Notes: generated from the sequence alone by a model not told the origin. A stretch of 57,798 bases of DNA from an uncultured archaeon (GCA_937921735.1 CAKZTQ010000045.1:1-57798), one strand, 5' to 3'. Positions 17,574 through 27,938 are shown, counted from the first letter of the stretch. Translations and numbers: made by a program.

Positions 17574-19097
17574 TTGAAGCGAGATAAACATGAAAAGCTT
17601 ATGGACCTCGCTAAGAGGCGCGGTTTCATTTGGCCGTCCTTTGAGCTATATGGAGGTGTCGGTGGTTTCTATGATTTCGGTCCGCTTGGATCGGTGCTGA
17701 AGGAAAAAATAATCCGGAAGTGGCGTGAATATTATGTGATCCGGGAAGGGTTTTTTGAGATAGATTCACCAAGCATCTTGCCAGAGGAAGTCCTCAAGGC
17801 AAGTGGGCACGTCGACCATTTCATAGACCTGATGACCGAGTGTCAGAAGTGCGGAACCCCCTTCAGGGTAGTTGATGTCATAAAGGAGGTCACGGGAGAG
17901 GACATCGAAGGGATGCCAAGAGAGGAAGTTCAAAAGTTCATGGATGAGAAGCACGTGAGGTGCCCGGATTGCGGCGGAGAATTGGGGTCGATTTTTGAAT
18001 TTAACGCGATGTTCCGGACCATGATCGGTCCTGGGACAAAGAGGATTGGCTACCTTCGGCCGGAAACGGCTCAAACGATTTTCATAGACTTCAAAAGACT
18101 TCATCGTTATGCCCGAGGCAAGATACCGTTTGGGATAGTGCAGATAGGCAGGGGCTTTCGAAACGAGATCTCGCCAAGACAGGGGATCATACGCTTAAGG
18201 GAATTTACGATGGCTGAAGCAGAGGTTTTTTTCGACCCTCAGGATCCGCATCATCCTAAGTTCTCAAATGTCGCAGGCAAAAAAATTCGATTGTGGCTTG
18301 CAAGCGACCAAGAAAAAGGCAAGACAGAAACGATGGAGATAAAGGCCGAGCAGGCGGTCAAGAACGGAATCGTGTGCAACGAGTTGATGGCGTACTATAT
18401 AGTTTTAACTAAGCACTTTTTGATCGATCTTGGCATTCCTGAAGGGGCGATCAGGTTTAGACAGCAAACCCCCGGTCAGCGGGCCCACTACTCGTCCGAA
18501 ACATGGGATGCAGAGGTGTTAACCGAGAGGTTCGGTTGGGTTGAGGTGGCTGGGCTAGCCTATCGCACGGATTATGATTTGAGGCGCCATTCCGAGTTCA
18601 GCGGAGAAGATCTCTCGGTCTTTCTACCCGAAGAACGACGCAAAGTGATTTGCCATGTGATAGAGCCATCTTATGGTATAGATCGTACTTTCTATTGTGT
18701 GTTGGAACATTCTTTTGTCCAAGAGGGGAACCGCACGTATCTCAAGCTGAAAAGGGAGTTAGCGCCTATAGAAGCAGGAGTATTCCCGCTTCTAAATCGG
18801 GATGGCTTACCAGAAAAGGCCATAACTGTACTCGAGAGTTTAAGGCTAAAAGGCTTTCACGTCGAATATGATGAGTCAGGCTCAATAGGTAGAAGATACG
18901 CTCGCGCGGATGAGGTCGGCACGCCCTACTGCGTGACGATCGATCATCAAACGCTCGAGGACGATACAGTGACCATCCGAGACCGAGACACTACAGCACA
19001 AGTAAGGGTTAAAATTGAGGAGCTCCCCAAGGCGTTGAACTTACTCCTTCGCGAAGGGGCCGCGCTTCAGGACGTTGGCGTGCCGATGGGTCTTTGA
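17574..19097 (+). CDS. glyS: Glycine--tRNA ligase (archaeal/eukaryotic type)
   Basis: Motifs LAKRRGF, LRPETAQ, FRNEISPRQGIIRLREF, EPSYGIDR and SIGRRYAR. Confidence 0.97.
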   Translation: MKRDKHEKLMDLAKRRGFIWPSFELYGGVGGFYDFGPLGSVLKEKIIRKWREYYVIREGFFEIDSPSILPEEVLKASGHVDHFIDLMTECQKCGTPFRVVDVIKEVTGEDIEGMPREEVQKFMDEKHVRCPDCGGELGSIFEFNAMFRTMIGPGTKRIGYLRPETAQTIFIDFKRLHRYARGKIPFGIVQIGRGFRNEISPRQGIIRLREFTMAEAEVFFDPQDPHHPKFSNVAGKKIRLWLASDQEKGKTETMEIKAEQAVKNGIVCNELMAYYIVLTKHFLIDLGIPEGAIRFRQQTPGQRAHYSSETWDAEVLTERFGWVEVAGLAYRTDYDLRRHSEFSGEDLSVFLPEERRKVICHVIEPSYGIDRTFYCVLEHSFVQEGNRTYLKLKRELAPIEAGVFPLLNRDGLPEKAITVLESLRLKGFHVEYDESGSIGRRYARADEVGTPYCVTIDHQTLEDDTVTIRDRDTTAQVRVKIEELPKALNLLLREGAALQDVGVPMGL

Positions 19098-19105
19098 CCT
19101 TAGAG

Positions 19106-20032
19106 TTACATCATGATGTACCCAACTATAGGCACCGCCACTAACATAGATGCCAGCGTCAAGTAAAAGACCAGCGCCCCGTAATGCTGAACATCCAATT
19201 TAAAATTATGGGCGAGGATCATGTTGAAGATCGCCGGCGGCATGGTGGCTTGGATCATGATGCTTTTTCTTACGGTCTCGCTTGGGTCTAATAGGCTCAT
19301 GAACGCGTACGTCACGAGCGGACATATTACCAACCTGATGAGCCCCACGGTTGTCAAGTCCTGAAGGTGCCTGCGCGGATCTGTTAGTGGCATTTGGTAT
19401 CCTACCAACAGGAGCATCAATACCAGCGATGGGCTAGCGATGTAGTCGAGCACTGCCATCATTTCATCCGGTGGATAAGCTTTGAAGCCAACAAAGAGCA
19501 ACGCAACGATGAGGGCAAATGCGGGCGGGAAGGTTAGCAAACCATCTAAAATCGATCGAACGCTTACGCGCCTTCTGGCGGCTGTAGAAGCCAAGGCCGT
19601 GCCGAAGATGAGATGCAAAATTCCGATGACCATCGCGTAAAAACTAGCTGGGGACAGCCCGCGGGGGCCAACGATGGCATACACAGCGGGTAGGCCGAGG
19701 TGCGTGACGTTCATAAACGAGGCGTTCAACGTTATCGCAACGCTCGCCTCTCGATTTAATCGCCTAATGCTCGTCACCACCGTTGAAATCACAAAGCAGA
19801 AACCCAGACCTAGGAACGCAAGCAATATGGCGCTGCCGTAGTCGTGTATCCTCAAGCTCTGGCTAGTTATCGAGCTGAATATCAAGGCAGGCAACATGGC
19901 CCAAATTACAACCGTATTAATTACTTCGAATACGGGTCGAAAGAACTTTATTCGTCGTGCAGCCATCCCTGCCCCTAGTAGAATCAACATCAGAGCGATT
20001 CGGCTAACGTATCCTTCGAGCATGGCGTTCAA
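19106..20032 (-). CDS. AEC (auxin efflux carrier) family transporter
   Basis: About 10 TM helices. Motifs LPALIF, NVTHLGLP and QATMPPA. Confidence 0.88.
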   Translation of the reverse strand: MNAMLEGYVSRIALMLILLGAGMAARRIKFFRPVFEVINTVVIWAMLPALIFSSITSQSLRIHDYGSAILLAFLGLGFCFVISTVVTSIRRLNREASVAITLNASFMNVTHLGLPAVYAIVGPRGLSPASFYAMVIGILHLIFGTALASTAARRRVSVRSILDGLLTFPPAFALIVALLFVGFKAYPPDEMMAVLDYIASPSLVLMLLLVGYQMPLTDPRRHLQDLTTVGLIRLVICPLVTYAFMSLLDPSETVRKSIMIQATMPPAIFNMILAHNFKLDVQHYGALVFYLTLASMLVAVPIVGYIMM

Positions 20033-20061
20033 CTTTGGTGTGGTTCGGAGGGCTTAAATGG

Positions 20062-21408
20062 CTATTTGCGCTCGACTTCCTCCAGCGATTCCTCGAAGAT
20101 CTGCAGACCGACGTCAGCTTGTTCCTTAGTTAGGATCAATGGTGGGGCCAACCTAATCGATGATACACCGGCGCCTAAGAGTACTAGCCCCCGCTTAAAC
20201 GCGCTCGTGAGCAACTCGTTTCGCTCCTTCCTCGCTGGTTCCCTCGTTTTCCTGTCCCTTACCAGCTCTATCCCGATCATCAAGCCCTTCCCGCGAACGT
20301 CCCCGATGAGCTCATGCTCGTCCATCATCTCCTTGAATCTATTGAGCATGTAGCTCCCAATCTTGGAAGCGTTGTCCGCCAATCTCTCCGACTTCAACAC
20401 GTCTAACACCGCAAGCGCGGCGGCGCATACCACGGGGTTTCCCCCTAACGTGTTTTCGTGGGCTCCAGGTGCCCAATCCATGATCTCGGCGCGAGCTATC
20501 GCTGCGCCGCATGGCAAGCCTGCAGCGATAGCCTTTGAAAGGGTGATTATATCCGGCTCTATCCCCCAATGTTCGCAGGCAAACCATTTACCGGTGCGGC
20601 AAAAGCCGGTCTGGACTTCATCGGCGACGAAGATTATGTTGTTTTCCTTGCACAGCTTCGTCAGCGCCGGCAAAAATTCATCTGGTGGGACTATGTAGCC
20701 GGCAGCACCTTGGATCGGTTCCACTATCATGCAAGCGGTATCCTCCGGTGGACAAAGTTTCTTGAGCACTATGTCTTCGATGTAGCCAACGCACCATAGC
20801 CCGCAGTCCGGATACTCCTGCTTGAAGGCACAGCGGTAACAATACGCGTAAGGCACGTGGTAGACACCTTGCATCATTCCCTTAAAGTGTCGCCTCGCCT
20901 CCACGCCCGTCGTGGTGAGCTGCAGCGAGCCCATCGTGCGCCCATGGAAGCCGCCTATGAATGCAATGACGTAGTAGTTGCGGGTGTGCCATTGTGCGAT
21001 CTTAAGCGCCGCCTCCACCGCTTCCGTTCCTGAGTTCCCTAGGAACGCTCGCTTCTTGAACTTCCCAGGAGTCACCTCGATCAATCGCTCTATCAGCTCC
21101 ACTTGCGGAAGGGTGTAGAAGTCGCAGCTGTTGATGTGAATCGCATAGTCAAGCTGGCGCTTTATCGCCTCCACCACCTTGGGGTGGCGATGTCCCACAT
21201 TGGTAACGGCGATCCCCGAGCTGAAGTCTAAAAACACGTTTCCGTCTATATCCTTTACCCACACACCTTCCGCCTCTACGCCGACCAACGGGGCGGTTCT
21301 CGTCAGGGAAGGGGAAGTTACCGCATGATCCCGCGTGATGAAGGCCTTGGCTTTTGGCCCGGGCGGGGTGACAACTATTTTAGGTTTTTTTATCTCACCT
21401 ATCGTCAT
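20062..21408 (-). CDS. Class III PLP aminotransferase (4-aminobutyrate/ornithine omega-aminotransferase-like)
   Basis: Motifs NSGTEAVE, FHGRT, EPIQG, DEVQTG, SKAIAAG and TLGGNP. Confidence 0.92.
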   Translation of the reverse strand: MTIGEIKKPKIVVTPPGPKAKAFITRDHAVTSPSLTRTAPLVGVEAEGVWVKDIDGNVFLDFSSGIAVTNVGHRHPKVVEAIKRQLDYAIHINSCDFYTLPQVELIERLIEVTPGKFKKRAFLGNSGTEAVEAALKIAQWHTRNYYVIAFIGGFHGRTMGSLQLTTTGVEARRHFKGMMQGVYHVPYAYCYRCAFKQEYPDCGLWCVGYIEDIVLKKLCPPEDTACMIVEPIQGAAGYIVPPDEFLPALTKLCKENNIIFVADEVQTGFCRTGKWFACEHWGIEPDIITLSKAIAAGLPCGAAIARAEIMDWAPGAHENTLGGNPVVCAAALAVLDVLKSERLADNASKIGSYMLNRFKEMMDEHELIGDVRGKGLMIGIELVRDRKTREPARKERNELLTSAFKRGLVLLGAGVSSIRLAPPLILTKEQADVGLQIFEESLEEVERK

Positions 21409-21643
21409 TTCAACACCTCCGAACTTTTTTCAACTTTTTGGCATTTCATCTTGGTCTATTTATCTTTTTACGCAGAGATCCCTCAACCTCCTCCTTCTCC
21501 TCTTTTTCTCCTAAATATCATATGTTTTTTAGTATATATATACTTAATCGTATATGATTTAAAACGTGCTTTTCAAAATATTTAATTTCATACAAAGTTT
21601 TAAAAAGGTGGATACCTATTGCATTTGAATGGAGGTGGCATTG

Positions 21644-22123
21644 ATGAAAATAGAACTACCAGAAATCTTATTTTTGCAAGAAAAGCCGGTTAAAATTCTT
21701 TTATTACTAAAGGAGGAACAAGAACCGATATATGTTTCCCTAATAGCGAAGGGTGTAGATGGCACATATGCCCATATCCTTCGGGTGTTGTCCAATTTAG
21801 AAAAATGCGGGATGGTCAGATTCGAGAAAAGGGGGCGCGTCAAGCAAGTTAAACTCACCGAACTCGGCACGAAGGCAGCCGAAACCTTGACTAACTTTAT
21901 TGATATCGTAAGAATGTCCGACATCGACGTAAAGATCGAGGAGCTTCGTAGGAAGAAAATAGAGGGGCGAAGGCCAGACGAGATAAATAAGGCGGCAATA
22001 TCAAAGCGCCTAGCGTTTTACGAACGCGAAGTGAAGCGCTTATGGGAAAAGAACTCAGCCTTAAAGCAATGTGCCGAGTTGTTATTGGACAAAATAAAGA
22101 AGATCCTCGAAACCGTTGGCTAG
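21644..22123 (+). CDS. Winged-helix (MarR-like) transcriptional regulator with C-terminal helical extension
   Basis: IYVSLIAKGVDGTYAHILRVLSNLEKCGMVRFEKRGRVKQVKLTELG. SD GGAGGTG at 21631. Confidence 0.8.
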   Translation: MKIELPEILFLQEKPVKILLLLKEEQEPIYVSLIAKGVDGTYAHILRVLSNLEKCGMVRFEKRGRVKQVKLTELGTKAAETLTNFIDIVRMSDIDVKIEELRRKKIEGRRPDEINKAAISKRLAFYEREVKRLWEKNSALKQCAELLLDKIKKILETVG

Positions 22124-22434
22124 AACCTTTCCGGTGCCCTACTTCTGAGATTTCGTACGGGATCGACGAATAGAGTGTCGATGCGCGAATGGAAGCCGTC
22201 CACACTTATATAATAGTGGTATCCATCTCTCGACTTAAACCCCTGGACTAACCGGAAGTGCCTGAGCTTAGTGAGATAATACTCGAACGTCTTTTCGCCG
22301 AGCCCGGTTTCGCGGATTATTTCTTCGCGAGTTAAACTTTCTTTGCCCTGGAAGCACCGCAAAATGCGCAGCACCACGTCTGCCCTTCTCGGCGCCACAA
22401 GCTGTGCAACGTCCTCAAGGGCCGTATTTTTCAC
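22120..22434 (-). CDS. Small winged-helix DNA-binding protein
   Basis: LTREEIIRETGLGEKTFEYYLTKLRHFRLV followed by the wing YHYYIS. Confidence 0.75.
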   Translation of the reverse strand: MKNTALEDVAQLVAPRRADVVLRILRCFQGKESLTREEIIRETGLGEKTFEYYLTKLRHFRLVQGFKSRDGYHYYISVDGFHSRIDTLFVDPVRNLRSRAPERF

Positions 22435-22622
22435 CCCCAGCTGAGTTTAGGATGATTCTCGTTATTAAACTTCCTTGAATTTGCGCATTCCAGGGGGATG
22501 TAATCGGCGATCCTAAGCCCAACTTAGGGTCTGCCGGTTCCTCGACCTGCGGGTTTTTACCAAAAAAGGGATTTTTATGGGGTTTCCGCTAAAGCTGTCT
22601 AGATCCTAAGCTAAAGTTAGGA
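22435..22622. promoter_or_regulatory. Three related inverted-repeat operator-like sites (ATCCTAA-N7-TTAGG)
   Basis: GATCCTAAGCCCAACTTAGGGTC (22509-22531), GATCCTAAGCTAAAGTTAGGA (22602-22622) and a degenerate copy at 22435-22453. Confidence 0.6.
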
Positions 22623-22697
22623 CTGGCGCGCTTATTTGTTTTGTAGACCGCAGCCAGACGCTAAGCTTTAAAAGGAAAACGGAGTTGAGGTGAAAAC

Positions 22698-22892
22698 ATG
22701 CCGAAGTGCTCCATTTGCAAGAAGGAATTTCCGGAAGAGAAGCTCATCAGGTGCGGCGAGTGCGGGAAAGCTTACTGCTTGAAATGCGCGGAAGAAGATC
22801 CCACGATAAAGGAACTCGGCGTTTGCCCAGATTGCGAAGAGGTTTATGAAGCGGAAGAGGACTACTGGGGCTGGGGCGAGGAAGAGGAGTAG
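22698..22892 (+). CDS. Small 8-Cys zinc-finger protein with acidic tail
   Basis: CxxC-x11-CxxC-x4-CxxC-x12-CxxC. SD GAGGTGA and an upstream TTTAAAA. Confidence 0.8.
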   Translation: MPKCSICKKEFPEEKLIRCGECGKAYCLKCAEEDPTIKELGVCPDCEEVYEAEEDYWGWGEEEE

Positions 22893-23014
22893 TAATCACG
22901 GTCTGATGGCATCGAAACTCAAAAGTGGATTTGTTAGCTTAAGTTATGAGACGAAAGTCGAGACAAACTCCTTCAAGAGCCTAGTCAGAGTGGCAAAGTT
23001 GCCTAAAGGCCCCC

Positions 23015-23044
23015 CTTTACAAATGTAAAGAAAATCTTTATATA
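23015..23044 (+). promoter_or_regulatory. Palindrome plus TATA box of the citrate/2-oxoacid operon
   Basis: CTTTACA-AA-TGTAAAG (23015-23030) just upstream of TTTATATA (23037-23044). Confidence 0.6.
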
Positions 23045-23074
23045 TGTATGAATCCCCCATTATGAGACGATAAA

Positions 23075-24388
23075 ATGGATAACACCAATCTAATGGAGCT
23101 TGAGGAAAAAAGGAAAAAATTCGTGGAAAAAATTAGGAGCCTCAGCTCGGCTGATTTTGATTTAGAGCAATGGGAGGGCCTGAGAAAAACCGTCTATCCC
23201 CCCAGCCCCCTCGACATCGACGTCATCATCGACGACACTACGCTGAGGGAAGGATTACAAATGGCGGGGACGGTCACGCCCTTGCCACAAGACGTCGCTA
23301 GGATCGCAGGGATGTTGAGGGATATTGGCGTCGAAAGGCTCGAGGTACTCACGTACACGCGTTCGGATCAGGAGGCCATCAAGCTAATGCACGAAGATGG
23401 ATTGGGGAACATGCTGGCCGCGTGGTGCAGGGCGACGAGGGAAGACGTAGATATGGCCTTAAAACTGGATTTTAAACAGGTGGGCATCTCCCATCCAGTA
23501 TCCTATATACACTTCGAGAAGTGGCCGGAGAGGACCCTCTCTCAACTGGTGGATAGAACGGTGGATACCGTCGCGTATGCAGTGGACCACGGCCTCAAGG
23601 TTTTCGTTCACGGGGAGGACAGCACTAGGGCGGACTGGGACTTTGAGAGAAATTTCATAAATGCCGTAGCGGAGGCCGGAGCTAGCGTCTACAGAATTTG
23701 CGATACCATAGGTTACGGTAGATCGGACCCTAGCGCTCCTCTCCCGTTCGGTATCCCGGCCAAAATTCGACACATCAAGGAGGAAACGAAGATCCCGTAC
23801 GTCGAGATACACGCTCACGACGATTTGGGCAACGCGGTCGAAAACACCATGGCGGCGATCAGGGCTGCCTCCGGTCTCTTCGATAAGGTATACGCCAGCA
23901 CCACCTTCCTCGGAATAGGGGACAGGGCGGGCAATGCCGAAACGGAAAAGGTGATGATGAACTGCTACATGCATCACGGCATCTCCAAGTGGAATCTGAG
24001 CCTCTTCAGGGAATTGGCGCTGTTCATGGCGGCGGCCCTAAGGTATCACCTTCCGGTCAACAAGGCGATCGTGGGGGACGCCGCGTTTGCTCACGAGTCC
24101 GGCGTTCACATCCAGGGGGTCATGGCACTTCCCCTCACCTACGAGCCATTCCCGCCCGAGCTCGTAGGGCAGAGGAGGACGATCGTGATAGGAAAAAGAT
24201 CGGGCAAACACGGCGTGAAGCTCAAGCTGGAGGAGATCATGGGAAAACAAATAGGGGAAGACGACCCAAGGCTGGCGAAACTCGTGGAGATGATCAAGGA
24301 TAAGTTCGTGGACGGAAGTAGGAGGTACCCGATAAAGGAAACGGAATTTAAGGAATATGCGAGGAAGGTCGGTTTCGAAATAAAGTGA
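23075..24388 (+). CDS. DRE-TIM metallolyase, Re-citrate synthase/homocitrate synthase-like
   Basis: Motifs DTTLREGLQ, EDSTRAD, RICDTIGYG, HAHDDLG, GDRAGNA and HESGVH. No LeuA regulatory domain. Confidence 0.85.
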   Translation: MDNTNLMELEEKRKKFVEKIRSLSSADFDLEQWEGLRKTVYPPSPLDIDVIIDDTTLREGLQMAGTVTPLPQDVARIAGMLRDIGVERLEVLTYTRSDQEAIKLMHEDGLGNMLAAWCRATREDVDMALKLDFKQVGISHPVSYIHFEKWPERTLSQLVDRTVDTVAYAVDHGLKVFVHGEDSTRADWDFERNFINAVAEAGASVYRICDTIGYGRSDPSAPLPFGIPAKIRHIKEETKIPYVEIHAHDDLGNAVENTMAAIRAASGLFDKVYASTTFLGIGDRAGNAETEKVMMNCYMHHGISKWNLSLFRELALFMAAALRYHLPVNKAIVGDAAFAHESGVHIQGVMALPLTYEPFPPELVGQRRTIVIGKRSGKHGVKLKLEEIMGKQIGEDDPRLAKLVEMIKDKFVDGSRRYPIKETEFKEYARKVGFEIK

Positions 24389-24405
24389 AATCGAGTTGAG
24401 GAGAG

Positions 24406-25659
24406 ATGGGCAAAACCATCGTCGAGAAGATACTGAGCAGGGCCTCGGGCCGTGACGTTAATGCCGATGATATCGTGGTGGCCGAGGTGGATGCGGCGAT
24501 GGCGCACGATGGCACCGCTCCGCTTGCGATCGAGGCATTCAGGGAGATGGGCGGAAAAAAGGTTTGGGACCCCAACAGGATCATCCTTGTTATCGACCAC
24601 ATCGCCCCAAGCGCCTCTGAGGGCACTTCCTCTTTACACGTCATGATGAGGGAATTCTCAAGGGAGCAGGGTATAAAGTTATACGATGTGGGCAGCGGTA
24701 TTTGCCATCAGCTCATGCTGGAAGGGAGCCACGTAAGACCAGGCGCGGTCGTGGTAGGGGCGGACTCGCACACTTGCACGTATGGCGCGGTTGGCGCGTT
24801 CTCGACCGGCATAGGGTCGACGGAGATGGCAGCCGTCTTCATCTCCGGTAGACTCTGGTTCAGGGTCCCAAGGACCCTAAAGTTCTATATCGAGGGCAGA
24901 CTGCCCGATTTTGTCACGCCGAAGGACATCATCTTGTACATTTTGGGTAAAGTTGGGGCGGATGGGGCAAATTACAGAGCCATCGAATTTGGAGGGCCGG
25001 TAGTTGAACAGATGGGCGTCAGCGGTAGGATGACCCTGTGCAATATGGTGGTTGAGATGGGGGCAAAGGCGGGCATAGTGGAGCCGGACGAAAAGACCTC
25101 CGCATACTTCAGGGAAGACTTCGGCGTAGAGGTCGGGGCCATGAGGAGCGACGACGACGCGGCGTACGAGGATGTCCTGAAGTTTGACGTGAGCGGTTTG
25201 GAGCCACAAATAGCCTGCCCGAGTTCGGTGGACAACGTCAAACCCATCAGCGAGGTGGAGGGGGTCGAAGTGGACCAGATCTTTCTCGGAAGCTGCACCA
25301 ACGGCAGGCTCGAGGATCTGCGACAGGCGGCTGAGATCCTGAGAGGCGCCGAGGTTAAAGATGGGGTAAGGGTGCTCATCGTCCCGGCCTCTCGGAGGGT
25401 GTACCTACAAGCCCTCAAGGAGGGGCTGATCGAGGTCTTTCTGCGGGCCGGCTGCACGGTCTGCAATCCTGGCTGCGGTCCATGCCCGGGTGGCCATATG
25501 GGGGTTCTGGCCCCTGGCGAGGTCTGCCTCTCGACCTCAAACAGGAACTTCGTGGGGAGGATGGGAAGCACTAAAGCGAAGATCTACCTGGCCTCTCCCT
25601 TGACGGCAGCCGCCTCAGCCATCACAGGGAGGATAACTGATCCACGTGACTTTGGGTGA
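24406..25659 (+). CDS. LeuC/HacA-family aconitase-type hydratase, large subunit
   Basis: Motifs [26 protein letters not shown] and [10 protein letters not shown]. Confidence 0.95.
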   Translation: MGKTIVEKILSRASGRDVNADDIVVAEVDAAMAHDGTAPLAIEAFREMGGKKVWDPNRIILVIDHIAPSASEGTSSLHVMMREFSREQGIKLYDVGSGICHQLMLEGSHVRPGAVVVGADSHTCTYGAVGAFSTGIGSTEMAAVFISGRLWFRVPRTLKFYIEGRLPDFVTPKDIILYILGKVGADGANYRAIEFGGPVVEQMGVSGRMTLCNMVVEMGAKAGIVEPDEKTSAYFREDFGVEVGAMRSDDDAAYEDVLKFDVSGLEPQIACPSSVDNVKPISEVEGVEVDQIFLGSCTNGRLEDLRQAAEILRGAEVKDGVRVLIVPASRRVYLQALKEGLIEVFLRAGCTVCNPGCGPCPGGHMGVLAPGEVCLSTSNRNFVGRMGSTKAKIYLASPLTAAASAITGRITDPRDFG

Positions 25660-26174
25660 AAAGGATGATCAGGGTCTCAGGTAGGGCTTGGAAGTACGGC
25701 GACGACGTGAGCACGGATTTGATAATGCCCGGCAAGTACAAATTCAAGACCATCGATCCGAGCGAGCTAGCTAAACATGCGATGGAGGGGATCGACCCGG
25801 AATTCTCGAAAAAGGTTAGAGAGGGGGATATCGTCGTCGCGGGTTGGAACTTCGGGTGTGGGTCGAGTAGGGAACAAGCACCGTTGGCGTTGAAGCATGC
25901 GGGCGTAGGGGCGATCATCGCAAAATCCTTCGCGCGCATATTTTTCAGGAATTCTATAAACGTCGGTTTGCCCATCGTTGAAAGCCAAAACGTTTTCGAT
26001 GAAACTGACGAAGGGGATATCCTCGAGGTCGACTTGGACGAAGGTCTGGTGAGGAACTTGAGTAAAAACAAGTCTTTTGCCGTGAAGCCCCTGCCCGGCT
26101 TCCTCTTGAGGATATTACAGGACGGGGGGCTCGTAGAGCACTTTAAGAAGAGGGGCAAATTTGAATGGGGCTAA
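25656..26174 (+). CDS. LeuD/HacB-family hydratase, small subunit
   Basis: Motifs [23 protein letters not shown] and [13 protein letters not shown] overlap with the large subunit. Confidence 0.95.
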   Translation: MKRMIRVSGRAWKYGDDVSTDLIMPGKYKFKTIDPSELAKHAMEGIDPEFSKKVREGDIVVAGWNFGCGSSREQAPLALKHAGVGAIIAKSFARIFFRNSINVGLPIVESQNVFDETDEGDILEVDLDEGLVRNLSKNKSFAVKPLPGFLLRILQDGGLVEHFKKRGKFEWG

Positions 26175-26187
26175 GGGGGGTCAAGGC

Positions 26188-27276
26188 ATGTACAAGGTCA
26201 CACTCATACCTGGAGATGGGATCGGACCCGAGGTCATCGAAGCCGCGGTAAGGTGCATAGAAGCAACGGGCGTCGCGATCAGGTGGGAAAGGGTCGAAGC
26301 GGGAGAAAAAGTCATGAGAGAATTTGGGACCCCTCTCCCTAAGCAGGTGATAAGGTCAATTGAAAAAAATAAAGTAGCGCTCAAAGGACCGATAACCACC
26401 CCCGTTGCTTCTGGATTCAGAAGCGTGAACGTGGCGTTGAGGAAGATCTTTGACCTATACGCTTGCGTGCGGCCATGTAAGCTCTACGAAGGGGTGATGT
26501 CGAAATTTAAGCGAGTGGACCTCGTCGTCGTGAGGGAAAACACCGAGGATCTTTACTCTGGTATCGAGTTCGCCGAGGCTCAGCCGGAGACCAGGGAGCT
26601 CATGGATTTTTTGAGGCGAAAGGAAGCCGAGGTCAGGCATGATTCGGCGATAAGCCTAAAGGTCATCTCTCGTTTCGCCTCCGAGAGGATAGCCAGATTC
26701 GCGTTTAACTACGCCGTCGAAAATGGGCGCAGAAAGGTCACCGTTGTGCACAAGGCCAACATCATGAAGTACTCCGACGGCCTTTTCTTGGAGGTCGCGA
26801 GGGAGGTCGCGCGGGAATTTCCGCAAATCGAGTTTGAGGACAGGATCGTGGACAACATGTGTATGCAGCTCGTCAGAAAGCCGGAGCAATACGATGTCAT
26901 ACTGGCGCCGAATCTTTACGGGGACCTGCTCTCCGATCTATGCGCTGGGCTCGTGGGCGGCCTGGGCATGGCGCCTAGCGCCAACATAGGCGAAGGCATC
27001 GCGATCTTCGAACCGACCCACGGTAGCTCCCCAAAGTACGCTGGCTTGAACAAGGTCAACCCGACCGCGACGATACTATCGGGCGTGCTCATGCTTCGCT
27101 ACTTAGGGGAGAAGGAGGCGGCAGAGAGGTTGGAGCGCGCCGTTGCCAAGGTGATCGCCGAGGGCAGGTACGTGACCTACGATCTAAAGGAAAATCCAAG
27201 CGACCCAACGGCGGTTGGGACCCAGGAAATGGCCGATGCCATAATCGAGGAGATGGAGGGTCGATGGAAGTCATGA
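26188..27276 (+). CDS. icd: Isocitrate dehydrogenase (IDH/IPMDH family; probably NADP-type)
   Basis: Motifs [32 protein letters not shown] and HGSSPKYAG. Confidence 0.75.
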   Translation: MYKVTLIPGDGIGPEVIEAAVRCIEATGVAIRWERVEAGEKVMREFGTPLPKQVIRSIEKNKVALKGPITTPVASGFRSVNVALRKIFDLYACVRPCKLYEGVMSKFKRVDLVVVRENTEDLYSGIEFAEAQPETRELMDFLRRKEAEVRHDSAISLKVISRFASERIARFAFNYAVENGRRKVTVVHKANIMKYSDGLFLEVAREVAREFPQIEFEDRIVDNMCMQLVRKPEQYDVILAPNLYGDLLSDLCAGLVGGLGMAPSANIGEGIAIFEPTHGSSPKYAGLNKVNPTATILSGVLMLRYLGEKEAAERLERAVAKVIAEGRYVTYDLKENPSDPTAVGTQEMADAIIEEMEGRWKS

Positions 27277-27858
27277 GGTGATTTGCTCTTCTTCGAGCCA
27301 TCCGGCGCGGAGGAGTTCCTCGCGCAACTTGGCGATGGCCTCTTGTGCGGCGGGCGAGTCCGTCACTTTTTTCGAGAGCTCATCAAATTCTCTAAGGCCC
27401 ATCTTGACCTTCCTCTCGACGACCTCCCTGACGACCCGCTCCACGGGCCTCTCCACTATCCGTTGCACCTCCGGCACCGCCACTGGCTTCTCGACCGTCC
27501 GCTCTATCACCCTCTCCACCACCACGGGCTTCTCTATGATGCGCTCATGGCGCATGTGGCGGAGGGCGTCGCTTGCCCTCACCAGCTCCCCGCAGGTCGG
27601 GCAGGTGCCAAGCTGGATCTCGTTCAGCCTGCTCGCAGCCGATCTCCTAGCGTTGGAGGCCTTTTCGGTGGCCCTCATCCTCCGCTCCGGAAGGGGGATC
27701 CCCAACCTCTTGCAGAGCTCGTCTAGGCCGCCGGGAAACATCGCGTAAAACCTGGAGCGCGAAAGTTTAAGCTCGCTCAGCAAACGCCTAACCGACGGGA
27801 CCTCACCCTCGAGCTCATATTTTTCTCGGGCGAATTTTAGACAGGCCTCGAAGCTCAT
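27271..27858 (-). CDS. Hypothetical: DsrC/TusE-like helical domain + C2H2-like Zn finger + Val/Glu/Pro repeat region
   Basis: PSVRRLL...[19 protein letters not shown]; CPTC-x11-HMRH; [23 protein letters not shown]. Confidence 0.65.
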   Translation of the reverse strand: MSFEACLKFAREKYELEGEVPSVRRLLSELKLSRSRFYAMFPGGLDELCKRLGIPLPERRMRATEKASNARRSAASRLNEIQLGTCPTCGELVRASDALRHMRHERIIEKPVVVERVIERTVEKPVAVPEVQRIVERPVERVVREVVERKVKMGLREFDELSKKVTDSPAAQEAIAKLREELLRAGWLEEEQITS

Positions 27859-27870
27859 TTGCGTTCCTCC

Positions 27871-27888
27871 AGAACGTTTTAACGTTCT
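27871..27888. promoter_or_regulatory. Inverted repeat just upstream of the 195-aa gene
   Basis: AGAACGTT-TT-AACGTTCT, with another AGAACGT half-site at 27892. Confidence 0.5.
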
Positions 27889-27938
27889 TTGAGAACGTAT
27901 TTAAGCCTTCTGGTCCTCGAAAAAAGCTCTAAGCTACG

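Noticed and set aside
21409-21628. AT-rich gap with AGTATATATATACT as a replication origin
   Set aside because: No ORB repeats or cdc6; adequately explained by divergent promoters.
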